A stretch of DNA of 61,718 bases, the filler included, from Sphacelaria rigidula (Eukaryota): NCBI GenBank assembly GCA_964200075.2. It is 4 parts of 4 records of this genome, joined end to end, with 100 filler letters (N's around TTAATTAATTAA, not from the genome) between each part and the next. Parts side by side here need not be neighbours in the genome. Positions count along the whole stretch, not along the records: positions 1 to 15,358 come from CAXNAA020001784.1; positions 15,459 to 30,816 come from CAXNAA020001785.1; 2 more parts are not named here. One strand, given 5' to 3'. Below, piece by piece: positions 13,699 to 27,231 of this stretch (positions are counted from its first letter, which is position 1; every line of letters starts with the position of its first letter). The notes beneath the pieces were generated by a model. It saw only the letters and a program-made list of their open reading frames with translations. It did not search any database and was not told the origin of the DNA. The position numbers were made by a program, and so were the translations under genes.

Positions 13699-15290
13699 CC
13701 GATGCTTGGTCTTGCACGAGTCGTACTCCGGGGAACTTATCCGAGGAGCGCACACCGCCCAGCACGAGACCCAACACAGCAAAATATTTTCCTTATCGAG
13801 GGATGGAATATCTCTCAGTCCAGACACCACAGACCCCGGACCACCCAAACACCCCTTCACACCTCACAAGAAAATATCTACGAGCCATCGACGGAAAACC
13901 CTCCAGAACGCAGCATGAAGGTATCTGTAAGCCGCTCCATTAACTACAGGAATGAACTATCCCACAACAGCGTACGAGTTGGGCCAACCAAGAGTGGGCG
14001 TGAACCTCGCTCACGCGACGCACAGCGCGATATCAGGAGTTGGACGCTGAAATTTTGGCAGCAACTTTTTATGATCAAAATGCAGAAGATGACGGGTCCA
14101 GCAAATAAAAAAAAATATATAGGGAAGTTATGGCGATTCGAAATTTTCGGAGAAACTACATAATGCCGTAAGTCCAGGAAAAAAAAGAGAATCTTCAGCT
14201 GGACTCGTGAAGTATCAGATCCTTGGGTGCAGAAATTCTTCCCAAAATTTCAGCTCAAGAGTCGTCGAATTGGGCCGTGCGTTCGCCGTTTTCCGTGACG
14301 CTGCTGCACCCCACTAATACCAAGTGCAGGGTGATTGCTGACGTGAACCCGCCGCATTAAAAGAAAAAAAAACGCAGTCCGATACGCTATCGCTCAACGA
14401 TATCAGACCCACCCTGTACTCTATGCAGTAGAATAACGTCATCGGCAATACGACGCCAATCGAACAGTGGTGCAGTTCTTCGTCATCAGGTAGGTCAGCA
14501 GTTTACAGTGATGTGCTTACATCGGGTTCATTCGGGAAAAACCGGGGAAGCTATGGTGTGAGCAAGCTTCAGCAGCTTTTACGCTGGCCCAGCTCGTACA
14601 TGGACAGCTGATAGTGTGCACTGATTGTTTCCTTATGAAAACCATCCGTAGGCCGGGGGCGCGGTTTTCGGGGGACTCCAAACTCGGCCGCCTCACCGGT
14701 GTGTTGTCAATCACCACATGGGTTCATCTCTCGGACTCGCGAATCAATCCGTACCAATATCTCAGAAACCGTCTACATTCTTACTCCATGTCCCAGATGT
14801 CATTTCAACATGTGAGTCCACTTCATTTCAAGAAGTACAACCTCGTCTGGCAGCCTAAATACTTGACTTTAGAGTACCCCCAACCCCCCCCCCGAAGACA
14901 CCCATGAGGCAGTGTTAACGAAACCCGTCGCTATCTCTGAAAAGTGGCAACACCAGAAAATGAAGCAACTCATTCGAGGTCGTCATCAAAATGCAAGATG
15001 ATCAGTACGCTTCGGGCCGAGCAATCTTAGCAGAATGCAGGTTACCCCGTGCGACTGGCCGGACACGCCACGGCGCTTCGCGCTTGGTGATTGATTTCGA
15101 GCCTGGTCCGGCGAAAACCCGGCGTGCTCCATCCCGGGTATGTAGGGATGCGAGGCCAATGGTCACATGACTACGGCATGCAGATCATGAATACCACCCC
15201 CCTCTCTGTTAGGAGTAGGGACGGTGCTCCGTCTCGAAAGGGATGCGTGGTCAATGGTCACACGACCAAGGTAAGCAACAAAAAAAGTGT

Positions 15291-15329
<39 letters not shown>

Positions 15330-15358
15330 CACCGAGAGGCACCGCCCCCCCCGGACTC

Positions 15359-15459
15359 NNNNNNNNNNNNNNNNNNNNNNNNNNNNNNNNNNNNNNNNNN
15401 NNTTAATTAATTAANNNNNNNNNNNNNNNNNNNNNNNNNNNNNNNNNNNNNNNNNNNNG
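15359..15459. other. Artificial contig-join spacer (N-TTAATTAATTAA-N)
   Basis: Six-frame-stop linker embedded in N runs; same design at ~30817-30915 and ~46272-46371. Confidence 0.95.
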
Positions 15460-18400
15460 AATGTTGGAGGTGTCTCTATTAGGAGTAGGAACGGTGCTTC
15501 GTCTCAAAAGGGATGCGTGGTCGATGGTCACTCGACTAAGGCAAGCAACACATGAGGACGCCCCCCCTCCTTCGCGGAGGACATTTTTTCGAAAATCGTC
15601 GTGATTTTGGTTTGTCAACTTTGTTGCAAGAAGTTGATCAATGAAGACTGTTTTGATTTTTTTATGTTAATTTAGTTGCAAGAAGTTGATCAATAAGCAC
15701 TGACAAAAACCGAAAAGTCTAGTGGGCTTTGCGGGGTTCGTATAATATCTGCTTCTGCTCCTTGCCCGCTCTGTCTCGATGACCTCAGATGCCGGACGTC
15801 AATTCTCGAAAATTGTCCTGATTTATTTTCTTCTCGATATTTTTGTCGCAAACATCTTATCAATAAACACTGACAAAAACCCGAAAAGTCTGATGGGCTT
15901 TGCGGGGTTTATATATTTGCTTCTGCTCTTTACCCGCTCAGTCCCGCAAGGATCTCTCTCCACGGCAGCTGACCGCATCCGCCAACGCTTCGGCAACAAA
16001 CCAGGGGATAGACGACTGGGTGTCTCCCCGCCCCCCGCCCCCTCAAAAACTCAAATTTTTGGTATTGGGGCCTAGGTGTCCAGATCTTGTTATGTCGCTG
16101 CCCCCTGGTGTAACGAGCAACGAGTTACGTGTCTCATCAGTGAGCTGCATACACTTATGCACGTGCCAGGCATACTGCATAGAGGCAGACACGACAGCGT
16201 TAGAGGGACGACGTGTCCAAACGCTCAAACGCTAGCAAGAAGAGCAAACAAGTAGAACCAAGAGACGACATCACGTGACGGTAGTTGGTGCTGTTGTGAA
16301 GATATTTTTCTGTTACTATATTTGTGGCATTACTTTGCTGTCCAGATGCAGTGTTGTTTGCTGGGGGTATCGACCGGAAGTTGCTCATCGCACATGTGTG
16401 GTGTATGGTGTGTAGTGTGTAGTGTGTAGTGGTTGTTTTTTGTGTGCACGGGTGTGGTGCGGCGACACCACTGTTACATGCGCGCCAGATATCTTGAATC
16501 TGGACACAACATGAAAGGATGCTGATTCTGGTATTTAAGAGGACATGTCGCGTGATATCCGCGTCTATATCCGACATAAATTGGGTATATTGGGTATATT
16601 TGGGCAAGATACATAGTATCTGGAATATCTATGCGACAGTATGCGGATATATTGGGTCATTTGGGGGGATATGTTCTCGCATAAGGTTGGCCAAAACATC
16701 TTCAAGTTAGGGCCTGAAAATATATGTATCCTATGCGTATTGGGGGCAATATATTTTCGACCCAGTACTCAATACCGAACTCTATGCACCGCTGATGTGC
16801 CCAAAATTCACAGGTGAGTCATGCAGAAAAGACCTTACTCGAGTTAAACTGAGTTGAGCTGTCTGACGTGTGGAGATTTCACCTTCCGTCACACATCTCC
16901 CCTTGAAAACAAAAAATTGATGAGGCAAACCCTTAGTTAACTGTAGCGAGCCAAATATACTATGGCAGAACAAGAGAAAACAAATCCCCCGAAAATATGA
17001 GTATCCTATAAGTTTTTCTTATATAGGAGATCTCGACAAACCGCAATCTGCTCAATAAATGGATGCAGGCGCGTGTTTCAGGGAGTTGTGCATCCATGTT
17101 TTCGACTAGACGCTAGACGAGCTCACCCTGCTTCCCACTACTCACCACTTCCACTTCCTCATCGATCCGCATCACGGAACACCAGGTGAGAACCTCGATC
17201 TAGTAACCACGGAAGGATAGCAGAGGGCAGCAAACCGTACGGTACATTTTGGGGATCTTGAATCGTCTGATTGTGTCAGACGTTTTCGTGTTGTCCAGGA
17301 AAGGTGACTCGAGTCCATCACTTCTGTTCCACTGTGTGCGCGCCTCGCTCAACTACCCGCGAGTAAGCTGAAATCCAAGTACGGCTGGTGTAAGGCCAGG
17401 CCCGATCAGACTTGAATGTACATTTTCCAACGCACTCTCGCTTGACTTATTACTAGGGGGGTTTTCGACAGGGGGCTCCTACAGTAGGGATGTACAATTC
17501 GTTTCTGGGGCCCCCACTTAGAAGTATCTCGATGACGAACATCTGGGCCTCAACGTGCAGCCTCACAAACGTTTTGGGCGATAAAGTGAACCCCTACCGC
17601 AGACGTACTCGACAACCAACCACTCAATCGATGTCCCCCCCTCCTACCACTGACAATACGCGTGGCCAGAGGGAGACTTTCGCGCCAGATCGCCTCAACC
17701 TGGGATAGAAGGCACGTGGAATCCCTACACAGCCAACAGCTTGAGGAATAAAGGTACGCCTTCAGACGTGTGTCTCAAGGATGGGGGTGAAAAAATTCCT
17801 GGTTAAAGCCGCAGATGGCTCCGTGTGAAAATATTCTCTGGGTGTATTCAATTGACAGACACCGGACTTCGACAGACTGAAGGACTGTGACACAAGTTGC
17901 AAGCATACGAGAAACAGCTTGGTCCAGTTAACACAAACATCAGGCCTACGGGTGTTCACTAGATACGCGCACGCTGGTCCTCCCATCATATATTTTTCGT
18001 TTGGGTAACTCCGACTGGATTCAGGCGTCCACCTTCACTTGTCTAGAATCTGTACTTCCGCCGTATGTTGTGAATTTTGACAATCTGTCAAACAGAAGGT
18101 GGTGAGACTCGACCGACCGTTGTGGGGTTTTTCGTTTTTCTCGTGTCCTATATAGTGGTGTCCACATCTCTTCCATGAGCCTTGCTCCGTACGGTCTCTG
18201 ACAGGAGGTTGGTAGAGGTGACCTTCTTGCCGGCTAGCGGTGAGGACACTTCCCGCTGTCGCTTCTCCTGTCTTGTGCGTGTGTCTGGGTTGCCAAGCCA
18301 ACAACCGTCGGAAAAGATTCGCCAGCGGGTTGATCAGCGGGTTTCTGGACTCCGTTTGCTAGTCACTCACCAGTCTCCGGCTCCCCATCAATTTACGACT

Positions 18401-18953
18401 TCCGGTCAACTTTGAGGACGCAGAATTTTTCGTGTCGCGTTTATGGGACAGTGTGGGCGTACTGAAATCCCATATATTATGACGACGAAGGAGTCGGCTC
18501 TTCTCAGAATCGACAATATAGCACTCGAGTATACCGGGTTTGGTGCCAACATGAAAGTCCTTGAGTTTAGCGTCTCGCTTAGTTACTCGAGTTCAGTGTT
18601 TGTTCGAACTCGTTCAGGCTGCAAATGAACGTCGCAGCAAACCCTCGACGAAGGGGACGTGTATTTAGTACACAGTCGCGACGACCGCACCAGCAACATT
18701 AAACATCAAAGCAGAGAAATCAACACAGCGCGAACTCGCAGAGATGATAACAAACTTCTCCTCGTTGCCAGTTGTCACCCTAGTTTCACATAGGGACGGT
18801 GCCGTGTTGTTGGTTGGCAAGGGGTGAAGGCGCCGTGGGTCAAGCCGTCAATCAACGTGGAAACGCGGCGGAACTACTGACTGTTGGGTGCTATACTCGA
18901 TCCAACTACAGGACTTGAAACGCTGTCGAGGATGCCGAAGTGACATGTGCAGT

Positions 18954-19458
18954 TGTACTGACTGTGCTGTATACGCGACGTAAATGAAGACTTCGCCCTT
19001 ATCAACACTGGCCGTTGACCAATGCCGGTATACGCCTCAGCTCCCTACCTTCTCGATGGACCGCCTAGTTATCCGTATGTTGCGTAATTTCTACAGTAGG
19101 GAGGTATTATCGCGCGCTATCTCGGCGGTGCTCTCCTACTCTGCACCGGTCGTGCAGCATTGTTGGTTGGACTATCCACGCCAAAACAAGTCAGCTGATC
19201 ATTTATCTGGTGACCATCGATGATAAGCTGATCTCTGTTGCCGAAGATCGGCTGATAAGTGCTGCACGAGCGGTGGGGAGTAGGAGAGTACCGCCGAGAT
19301 AGCGCGCGATGAAACCTCGCAAAACACGCGACATACGGACGAGTAGGTGAGTCGCCGAGAACGTGGAGCGCTGAGGGGTCCCACAACAGTGATCGGTCAA
19401 CGACGTCTTGATGAGGGCGAAGTCTGCATTCACGTCACGTATACAACAACGTAGTACA
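18954..19458. repeat. ~500-bp foldback (long imperfect inverted repeat)
   Basis: e.g. ATCGCGCGCTATCTCGGCGGTGCTCTCCTACTC / GAGTAGGAGAGTACCGCCGAGATAGCGCGCGAT and AGACTTCGCCCT / AGGGCGAAGTCT. Confidence 0.85.
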
Positions 19459-20284
19459 GTATATGAATATTCTGTAGGGCTGCGCCTGGTCCTAGTGCCA
19501 CGAGGGATGGCGGAGTTGGTATTTCATGGCAAGGTAGCTGATTTTCGTGCTTCTCGCTCGTGTTGAAATGTACGATCCGGAGCAGCGCGCGGAATTCTCT
19601 GACGCCATTCGCATGTTGTATACTGTTCGCTCTATATCATCGTTTTGAAGTGAGAGGAGGTTTCGGCTTTTTCAAACGTAAAACTCGTGATAAGCAACGG
19701 TTAGTGGCATTATTGGCGGGGCTGATTCATGTATGTGTCGAGTGCCAATGCATGGTTTTCCGAGCTCTTGCGTTTCTTTAACGCGTCTTCCTCGTACCAG
19801 CGCAAAGATGTTGGGCCTACGACGACTTCTGATGGAACCGCACATCTTGCAATTTGCCTGCAAAGCTGGTGGACAAACAGACCGCCCTTGTGTAGTATAT
19901 CATCAAGTGAAAAAGTTGGACGGACAGGATTGGTGCTGACCGCTGTAACAACCACCACAGTTTGAAACCTGTCTACAGATCTGATGGATGAACAAAATGG
20001 CTCCACCGTACAGCAGTGTTATTGCCTGAAAATGTTGGATTGATCGGACTCCAAAATCGCTCCAGTTTGGTTCCTCGTGAGGTGTTTATTCGTATAAAAT
20101 ATGTACTGAATTCAGAACTTTGAAAAACTAGCTTATTATTATGCGCGTGTGTGGCGGGTGTTTGTGTGCGCTTTTTCATCACTTGATGTGTAGACGTGTG
20201 TTGCGTTTCCTTGTCGCGTCTGTCTCGCACCAGCTCAAATATGTGGAACTGACGACTACACTATCAATAACTGCAAGAACCACC

Positions 20285-20364
20285 TGTCAAGGAAGCAAAC
20301 AGTTTACTCATTGACCCAGTGAGTGCTTACTGGTTCAGTGGGTGAACTGTTCGCTTCCTTGACA
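20285..20364. mobile_element. 80-bp fully palindromic element, TGT...ACA ends, 5-bp flanking direct repeat CCACC
   Basis: Two 39-bp arms with 6 mismatches around a 2-nt centre; CCACC at 20280-20284 and 20365-20369. Confidence 0.65.
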
Positions 20365-20506
20365 CCACCTCCACCTGCTTGCCCTCGAATCAGCTCGTCT
20401 TCCGAGGTGGCGGACACGAAAATGTCTCTGTGTTGTAGTTTTTTCGAATGAAGAGTGAGCCTTCACTCAGCTTGGAGAAATATGATGATATTTGGTGCCA
20501 AACACA

Positions 20507-20551
<45 letters not shown>

Positions 20552-22728
20552 TATATATGAATTACGATGAAAAAAATATGAAACCAAGTGAATTTGGGCC
20601 AGCTATTCTCATAGAAGAACACTTTTGATAATGGCACCAGGTGCCGCCGCCTCCTCTCGTGAACAGCGTCGCACTGCCATACTTCGAGCTTTCACGTTAA
20701 ACGCAAGGCCCCTCTCCAACCAGGAGACATACAAAATGGGTCATATATCACTGTATTCGGATACTCTAACGAGAAAAGGCCTGGAGCAAAGAGATTGTTT
20801 CAATCTTATCCAGACTTTATTTCCAACGAAGGAGATCCCGCATCTTTACGCCTGTCTGCAGATGGCGGGTGAAGAGATGAAAGATCGCCCAACTTTAATT
20901 TCAAGTCAGAAGGTCGTGCTGCACACTGGACTTCAGATTCGTCTGGTCTACTTCGAAATAAAGAAGTTAGAGGCTGGGTTGCAAATCAAAGAACACACAC
21001 ACACAATATGTAGATCAAGATCTCCCGGAACCTCTGACAACCCCCTTCGCACGAGAGTTTACGGTCTTCCTTTTTCGTTCTGGTGAAGGTTAGGGTCAGC
21101 CTTGGGGATAATCGTTACGCCCACGAATTTCGCAAATAATAAGGTCAGGTTCGTTTCACGGATTTCGCATTACTTCAAGTCCTTCTTCCTGACATATTTC
21201 ACAACAAGGTCGAAGTGGGGGCGGTCGGGGAGTAAAGTCGTTTCCCTCGCAAATTCGAAATCGAGCTTGGCTGATGCCGCGCTGCGTGCGTTTCTTGAGT
21301 CTCACTGTCATCATTTGGTGGGGTCGTCGTCGTACAACAATAATAATGGCAGTTGGTTCAAGCACCGCCCGTCGCAGCCACGGTGATCACCATGAAACTA
21401 CAGCGACGATACGAATGTTCATGCGTCACGGTCCCTCCAAGACGCACGCTTTGCTCTGATGCTCTCGCGTACTAAACTTGACAAGTCAGCCTTCGACGCG
21501 CGTAGACGACGCGGCGCTCGTCGCACACGAGAGGGTCCCCATTTTCGTCATCTGTACGTAGGAGGTCACCTTGTTTTCCCGTCCACGGGCATTACATGAG
21601 GTAGTCTCATGAAGCCTCCTCGTCTTCACAAAAATGATGACATTCCTCATTGCTGACCGCCCGCCTACCCCCCTACTACACTTTCACATGCATACACTTT
21701 CGGATAGTGTTCCCCCTCAGTCCAAGGGTAGTGGAAACAATTCGCCGTGGACTGTGAACCCATCCCCCCTCCCCCATCCCCGCTTGTGGGTACGAAAAAT
21801 ATACGTACGATCTCTGTTATCTTTCTTGATCTTTTTGTTTTTTGTTTGTAGATGAATTTTATATCTTCACAGCTTTTTTTGGTCGCTCTGTCTATCGTTG
21901 CAAGATACATTTCACTGCTGTGGTCGTTCGATGATTGTGGTGCATTACAATGCATGACAGTATCCACGATGGTGTGGCACAGTAAAAGTGCTTGCTTGTA
22001 TCAATGCAGCGGGGACCAGGCCGAGAAATGCTTGCTATCGTAATCAATGTGTGCACTCTGTAGCATGTGGTTAAGATGGCTGATGAGAACAATCGATCGT
22101 TAGAAGCGCAATACATGGGACACCTCAAAAGCCGAGTTTCTGTTCAGACCCATGGAATGGACTTATCAGGTGCTAGCAATATCACACAGCACCAAAAACA
22201 AAACTGCATCTCCTCTTTACTGTCTTGTGTGCATTCTGGCCCTCAACTACCTCGGCTGACTGGCTCGGAAGAATACACCCGGCCGGAACTTGACACCTCT
22301 ATTGCAACGTTAAGTGCACCCACATTCAGATCAAGTAAATTGCCTCAGCTTGTTTAGAATCAAGTGACTTGGTCCATCTACACTCAGATCAAGTAACTCG
22401 CCTTGATTGATTGCTTTGATTGATTGCCTCAGCTAGTCTAAAACCAAGCGACTCGATTCGTATAGGATATGTGCAGGACCATCCTCACATGGGATTCGGT
22501 ATCCCCCCGCCCCTCACCCCCTGGAGCACCAAGATGATAAAAATGGCGTGGTTAGGGCCCAAATTCACGTTTTCTCTCTGAAATTCTCTCCTTCGTCGTC
22601 GAATGATCATTCTCCCGATATGATGTGCACTGTTCGAATATCGTACATGCCCTTATTTTACGATATTTCCCCGCTCCCCACTCCTCACTCCTCAACCCCC
22701 GGTGGAGCAGCCCTGCGACCAGCCCAGC

Positions 22729-25700
22729 ATGGGTGCCCACAGTATGCACAGTCATCGGTGGCGAAACGCACGGCGGGTGTACAAGAAGACGGCACCGAGC
22801 CCCGGGCCCTTCCTTACAAGGTTGGACACCTACTTCACGTCATGGCTGCTTACGGGGGCAGGCCCCGATGAACCGCGAAATACCAGATACTCGTGGGAAC
22901 CTCGCCGAGCTCCTCGTGGAGCTGCGCCCAGAGTATCCTCTGGGGAGTGTCTTCGTTTCCCCGAGAATCGGGGAAACGAAGCTTTGGGAGGAAGTGGAGC
23001 AGCTTCGAGGGAAAAGCGAACCGTTAGGTTCAACCCCAACGTGCGGGTGAGTGCAAAGACAAGTGTTTGAACGGTGTTGTTGGCGGTGGTGCGAGATGAG
23101 ATCAGCGTGGCGTAGAGCAGTATACGATCGGTATCGTGTGTTGCGGTGTGATGGAGATCTTGCAGCATATGCGATGGTCTCGTGATCGTCCGATGGTATC
23201 GATATCTGCGTTCGTTTGATGTATGTATCGAGGAGGTTTGGCGTTTCTTGAGTCAGCGTCCGCGAGGAAGAGCTGCGTCTAGGGCAGTGGTTCAGTATCA
23301 TTCGGTTTCCATGCACCACCAGCACAGAAGCACGCTGCGGAGCAACCTGTTTTGTTATTGTCCATCCGCTTTCACCAAGAATCTGATTCTACCTAGTTGG
23401 TACTTGCTGGTGATAGCCTAGATTGCTTGGTCATTGTTCGGGACCTCTCCAAGCAGCCCATATGACTTGGTTCGTAGGCGAGCTGATCTCTTCCATACAC
23501 CCCTACGACTCCAGGGTACGTACGGAGTGGTCTCCGCATCACTCCAGAACTCAGTCGCTTCACAGCCTCTTTCCATTTCACCATATCAGTCCGATATTTT
23601 TTATTCACGGTCGACTTGTGCTAACGTCTGGATATCGGTGTGCGTCCTTGCTCAGAGTGCAGTAACATGCTCTCAACACGTGAACCAAGTTCAGTTTCGG
23701 AGGTCTGGCTACGACTGGTAGCTCAATCTCTTGGATTTAGAGTGCCCATCTCTGCCAAACCTCGGACTGAAGACACTTCCCACGATAGCCCCCCCCCAAA
23801 AAGTGCATGATTTGGGGAGGCAAAATCTTCACGTAAATCGAAATGGGAAAAGCCGAGCACAACGAGCAGCTGCGAATTCCTACGCTCGGGTTCATTCTCG
23901 CCGATACCACCCATATGAGGCGCTTCATCCAGCCTGAACCCAAACATCAGGCGCTGTATGGCCATTTTTTTCGTCACACTTTTGGACTGGTTTGGGGGGG
24001 GGGGCTACCGTAGAAAGTGTCTGAAGCAAAAAATCGGTTCGAGGCATGGTGTGCAATTCTTCGCGTATACTTCATCCCGTGTACGAGCTGGACCGGCCTA
24101 GACACGGGCTTAAGCTCTCAAGGTAATATCTCATCGACACAGACGAGTTGAGCCGTAATCCGCACATCGTATTAATAGCCTGATCAAGGAGAAGGTGCTC
24201 TTCTGCTCGAAAGTGTGGGCTATTTATTTTTCGTTGATTACACCCCATGTTGAGTATTTTCTATACCGTACGGAGATAGTGTCCATACTAAAGTCTGTAT
24301 GAAACCCCAAACGATATATACCGCGGGTGATGACAATTCTGGTGTGACCATTCCTTGGAGCACGGGGAAACGATCGGTTCCCTCACCTTCGCCCAATTCG
24401 TCATATATCTCGAGATATGGCGCACATAAGGTCATATACTAACATCCATATGATACGAGCAAAGACACTGTGTGCACTAAATCTGGATATCGCGTCTCTC
24501 TTTTTCAGAGTTGTGCTTCGAAATTCGCATGGAGAATCGCTAGTGCATAATACGATACTGTTCCGAACTCCGTCCGGTGTGGTTTGGCTGAAACGCGCCA
24601 TCTAGGCTCAACTTTGAGAGTTGGGCCTCCAAATTTGGTACGGAGAAAAAAGATAGGACATAATAATACGAAAAATCCCGGACAGGAAGTTTTGTTTTTT
24701 TGTGAGCTGGAGCCATTTTCCTGAAAACTGGGTATTGATTATTGCCATTAAATCATACAAAAACACCCTTCCCGTCCGAGCGTAAGTTTTGTCATTATGC
24801 CCTACGCATTTTCCGCACCAAGATTGAAAGTCCCACTCTCAAAATTGAGTCTAGACGAGGTCTGCATTCCACAAATTCGCGTCTCGGCCGGCCCAGCTCG
24901 TACCGTCTGCTCATTTTTCTGTGATTCATCATGATTATGTTTTTCTACTTTTTGATATACTGTACACTACAGCATCGAATCCGCGGGTGTCATGTGTATT
25001 ATTGTTCGGTTTTCATGTCAGCCTGTTTGTCAAGTACGGTGCCCTTCTCCGAGCAAAAACATGGAACGAGTTTCCTTATTGCTCGAAGTAAGCGTGGAGA
25101 AAGGATAGCGCCCTTCTCGGTGATTCTCGTAGTGGGACCCGGGCTCCTTGGTTGGGTCTCGGGAGGATGTTTCGCAAAAGTGGTGATAACTCAAGTCAGC
25201 TCGCTCTCCCCTCTCCGGGAATGGGTGTGTTGCCCTGAGTCAGCTTAGCCCGTTTCCCGTTCTCCTCGCTTGGTCGTATGACTAGAACTAGCTCGTTCCT
25301 CAGGATGTTCTCGATTGGGTCGTGTGACTGCAGTCAGCTCGTTACTCCCACCAACGCCATCCCCACGAATACGGCAGCGGCGAAGTCGTAAGCACACGAA
25401 TCTCCTCACCAGCACTTCTGGGAGGGCAGCACGTGCACACTGCCAACTGTATCGTATTTCGGAAAACGATGTCATTGGACCACCTATCGTGATGAATGGA
25501 CCCTCGCCTGTAGCAGTATCCACAGCACGTATGTACGTGTATAACATGGGATCTCACCAAATGCGGATGGATTGTTTTTCTTGGGATGAGTCTTGGTAAC
25601 CTTGATGAGCGTCAGAACATTTTCGACGAAACATGCAAATGCACTTTCCGGCCGTGATGTTTGACCTCGCCCATGCTAACAAAAACTATCTTCACCATTT

Positions 25701-27231
25701 GTAAAATCCCGTCTATACAGGGATCACTGCGCCCCAGTGCGGTTGGTGTACATTTGAATGGTCCAACTGTCATCGATAAGGTGGAGAAAATGTGGGGCAA
25801 ATTCTCGATGCCGTGGATATTTTCTTTGAACAAAGTGTTTCATGTCCACATCATCAAAAGCGTCAGGTCGTGAGTAGACAAAAGATACATTGGCCGCGTT
25901 TGTTTGACGAGAGTTGATGCGGTGCGGGAGTGCTGATCCAGTCCGCGAGACCAAAATACCAAGGTGTGCCCCGGGGAGAGATGGGTTGATCCCTTGAGAC
26001 CGCGATCTTGACCCGAGGAAGAGAAGGGATATGGAGCACGACAGAACGCATCCCACAATAATTCGACCTCCGTTCATTTCCATTCAAAACGTTCGCTCGT
26101 TTTCTTCAGAATCCCCTGCTATTACGAGACTATCTCAAGTACGGGTGTTTTTGTTGCCAATCGCTCCGTTGGCTCAGTAGGTAACCACCTTCTGACGGTT
26201 GAGACGTGGGTTCGAATCTAGTTGAAGTAACACGGGTTATCCGGGACATTTTCTCTCATCATGCCCAACAGTAGAGAGCGACTATGTTGCAAGTGCACAA
26301 AGTTCAACTTCACGATCGACGAGGGAATAGGAACCTCTGAACCCTTCTCTCGATAAACAATAAGGCAAGCACCACAGAAGGAAGGTGAGGCGCTGAACCT
26401 AAATAAAAATGCAACAACTCCTGTGATGAACTTCATCCTGTGTGACCCCAGCTGATACGGCGACACACACCGAAAGACGTAGACTGGCGTCCAGATTAGA
26501 TGGGATGCCAACACACACACACACACAAACACATTGGTTTGGATCAGCGAGGCCCCACATCATGGCCGGAGGGTGCGTTTGCGTCGTTTGTCGAAAGTAT
26601 TTCGGTGCTCATGAAGGTTCCCGTGGCCCATCCTCAAAAGCAAACCCATCCGCAACTTGCATACTCCCGAGATATATCCGCTCAATGATGAAAACGTTTT
26701 ATTATTGTGCTCTCCACGACCCTGTCCACCCTCACGCGTCTACCCGCCCGTCTTCCGCAGGTTCGTCCACTGCCGCGAATCCCGGACGAAGCGCCCCCCG
26801 GAGAGGAGTCCAAAACCCCCGATGACGACGGACAAACCGGCGAGCTCTCTTCTCGTCCGGCGCGCTCCCAGCTCGCCCAGGAAGAGATGGAAGCAGTGGC
26901 GGGACTAACCCCGGAAGAAAGGAAGAAGCATTTTGACGAGCGCTGCCGCAAAATTCGGGACCACCGCAGAGTCCTGCTCGGTAAGCAGTATGATGCGCGG
27001 CACCGCGTCTACGCAGATTATACGTGGAACCACTACATGAGGAGGCAGGATCGTCAGCGGGGGGCCAGTCTCTTCCCGAAGAGGCGGGGGAGCTGGGGAT
27101 ACTGCCGGTCGCTATACCCGTCGAGCAACGACCGAAGCACTCCGTTCTGGTGGCCCGTGCCCTGGCATAGGGAGCGCGGGTGGTGGCAGCGGCACATTCC
27201 AGAAGTGCCCTTCGAGGTGGCCGCCTACTAG
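22729..27231 (+). CDS. Two-exon hypothetical protein (~262 aa), exons 22729-23046 and 26761-27231
   Basis: ATG at 22729; strong donor CGG|GTGAGT at 23046; acceptor TCTTCCGCAG|G at 26761; the phase-0 join gives KRTVRFNPNVR|VRPLPRIP; exon 2 is GC-rich and open to TAG. Extra internal or upstream exons cannot be excluded. Confidence 0.6.
23772..24021 (+). mobile_element. 250-bp MITE (family A), intact, TSD TGAA
   Basis: TIR GACACTTCCCACGATAGCCCCCC / GGGGGGCTACCGTAGAAAGTGTC; TGAA on both sides. Confidence 0.88.
26163..26530 (+). mobile_element. tRNA-derived SINE, full-length copy, (CA)n tail
   Basis: A box TGGCTCAGTAGG and B box GGTTCGAATC in the head; body shared with 50574-50775 and 55455-55572/60291-60506; ends in (CA)n. 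Confidence 0.8.

Noticed and set aside
15359-15459. Conserved TTAATTAATTAA motif seen three times
   Set aside because: Always inside N runs; assembly linker, not biology.
20625-22360. Possible + strand exons as the missing 5' part of the F-BAR gene
   Set aside because: Could not build a phase-consistent chain; another gene and a contig join lie between.
26163-26230. tRNA gene
   Set aside because: A and B boxes present but no complete cloverleaf or acceptor stem; continues into a repeated body with CA tail, so it is a SINE head.
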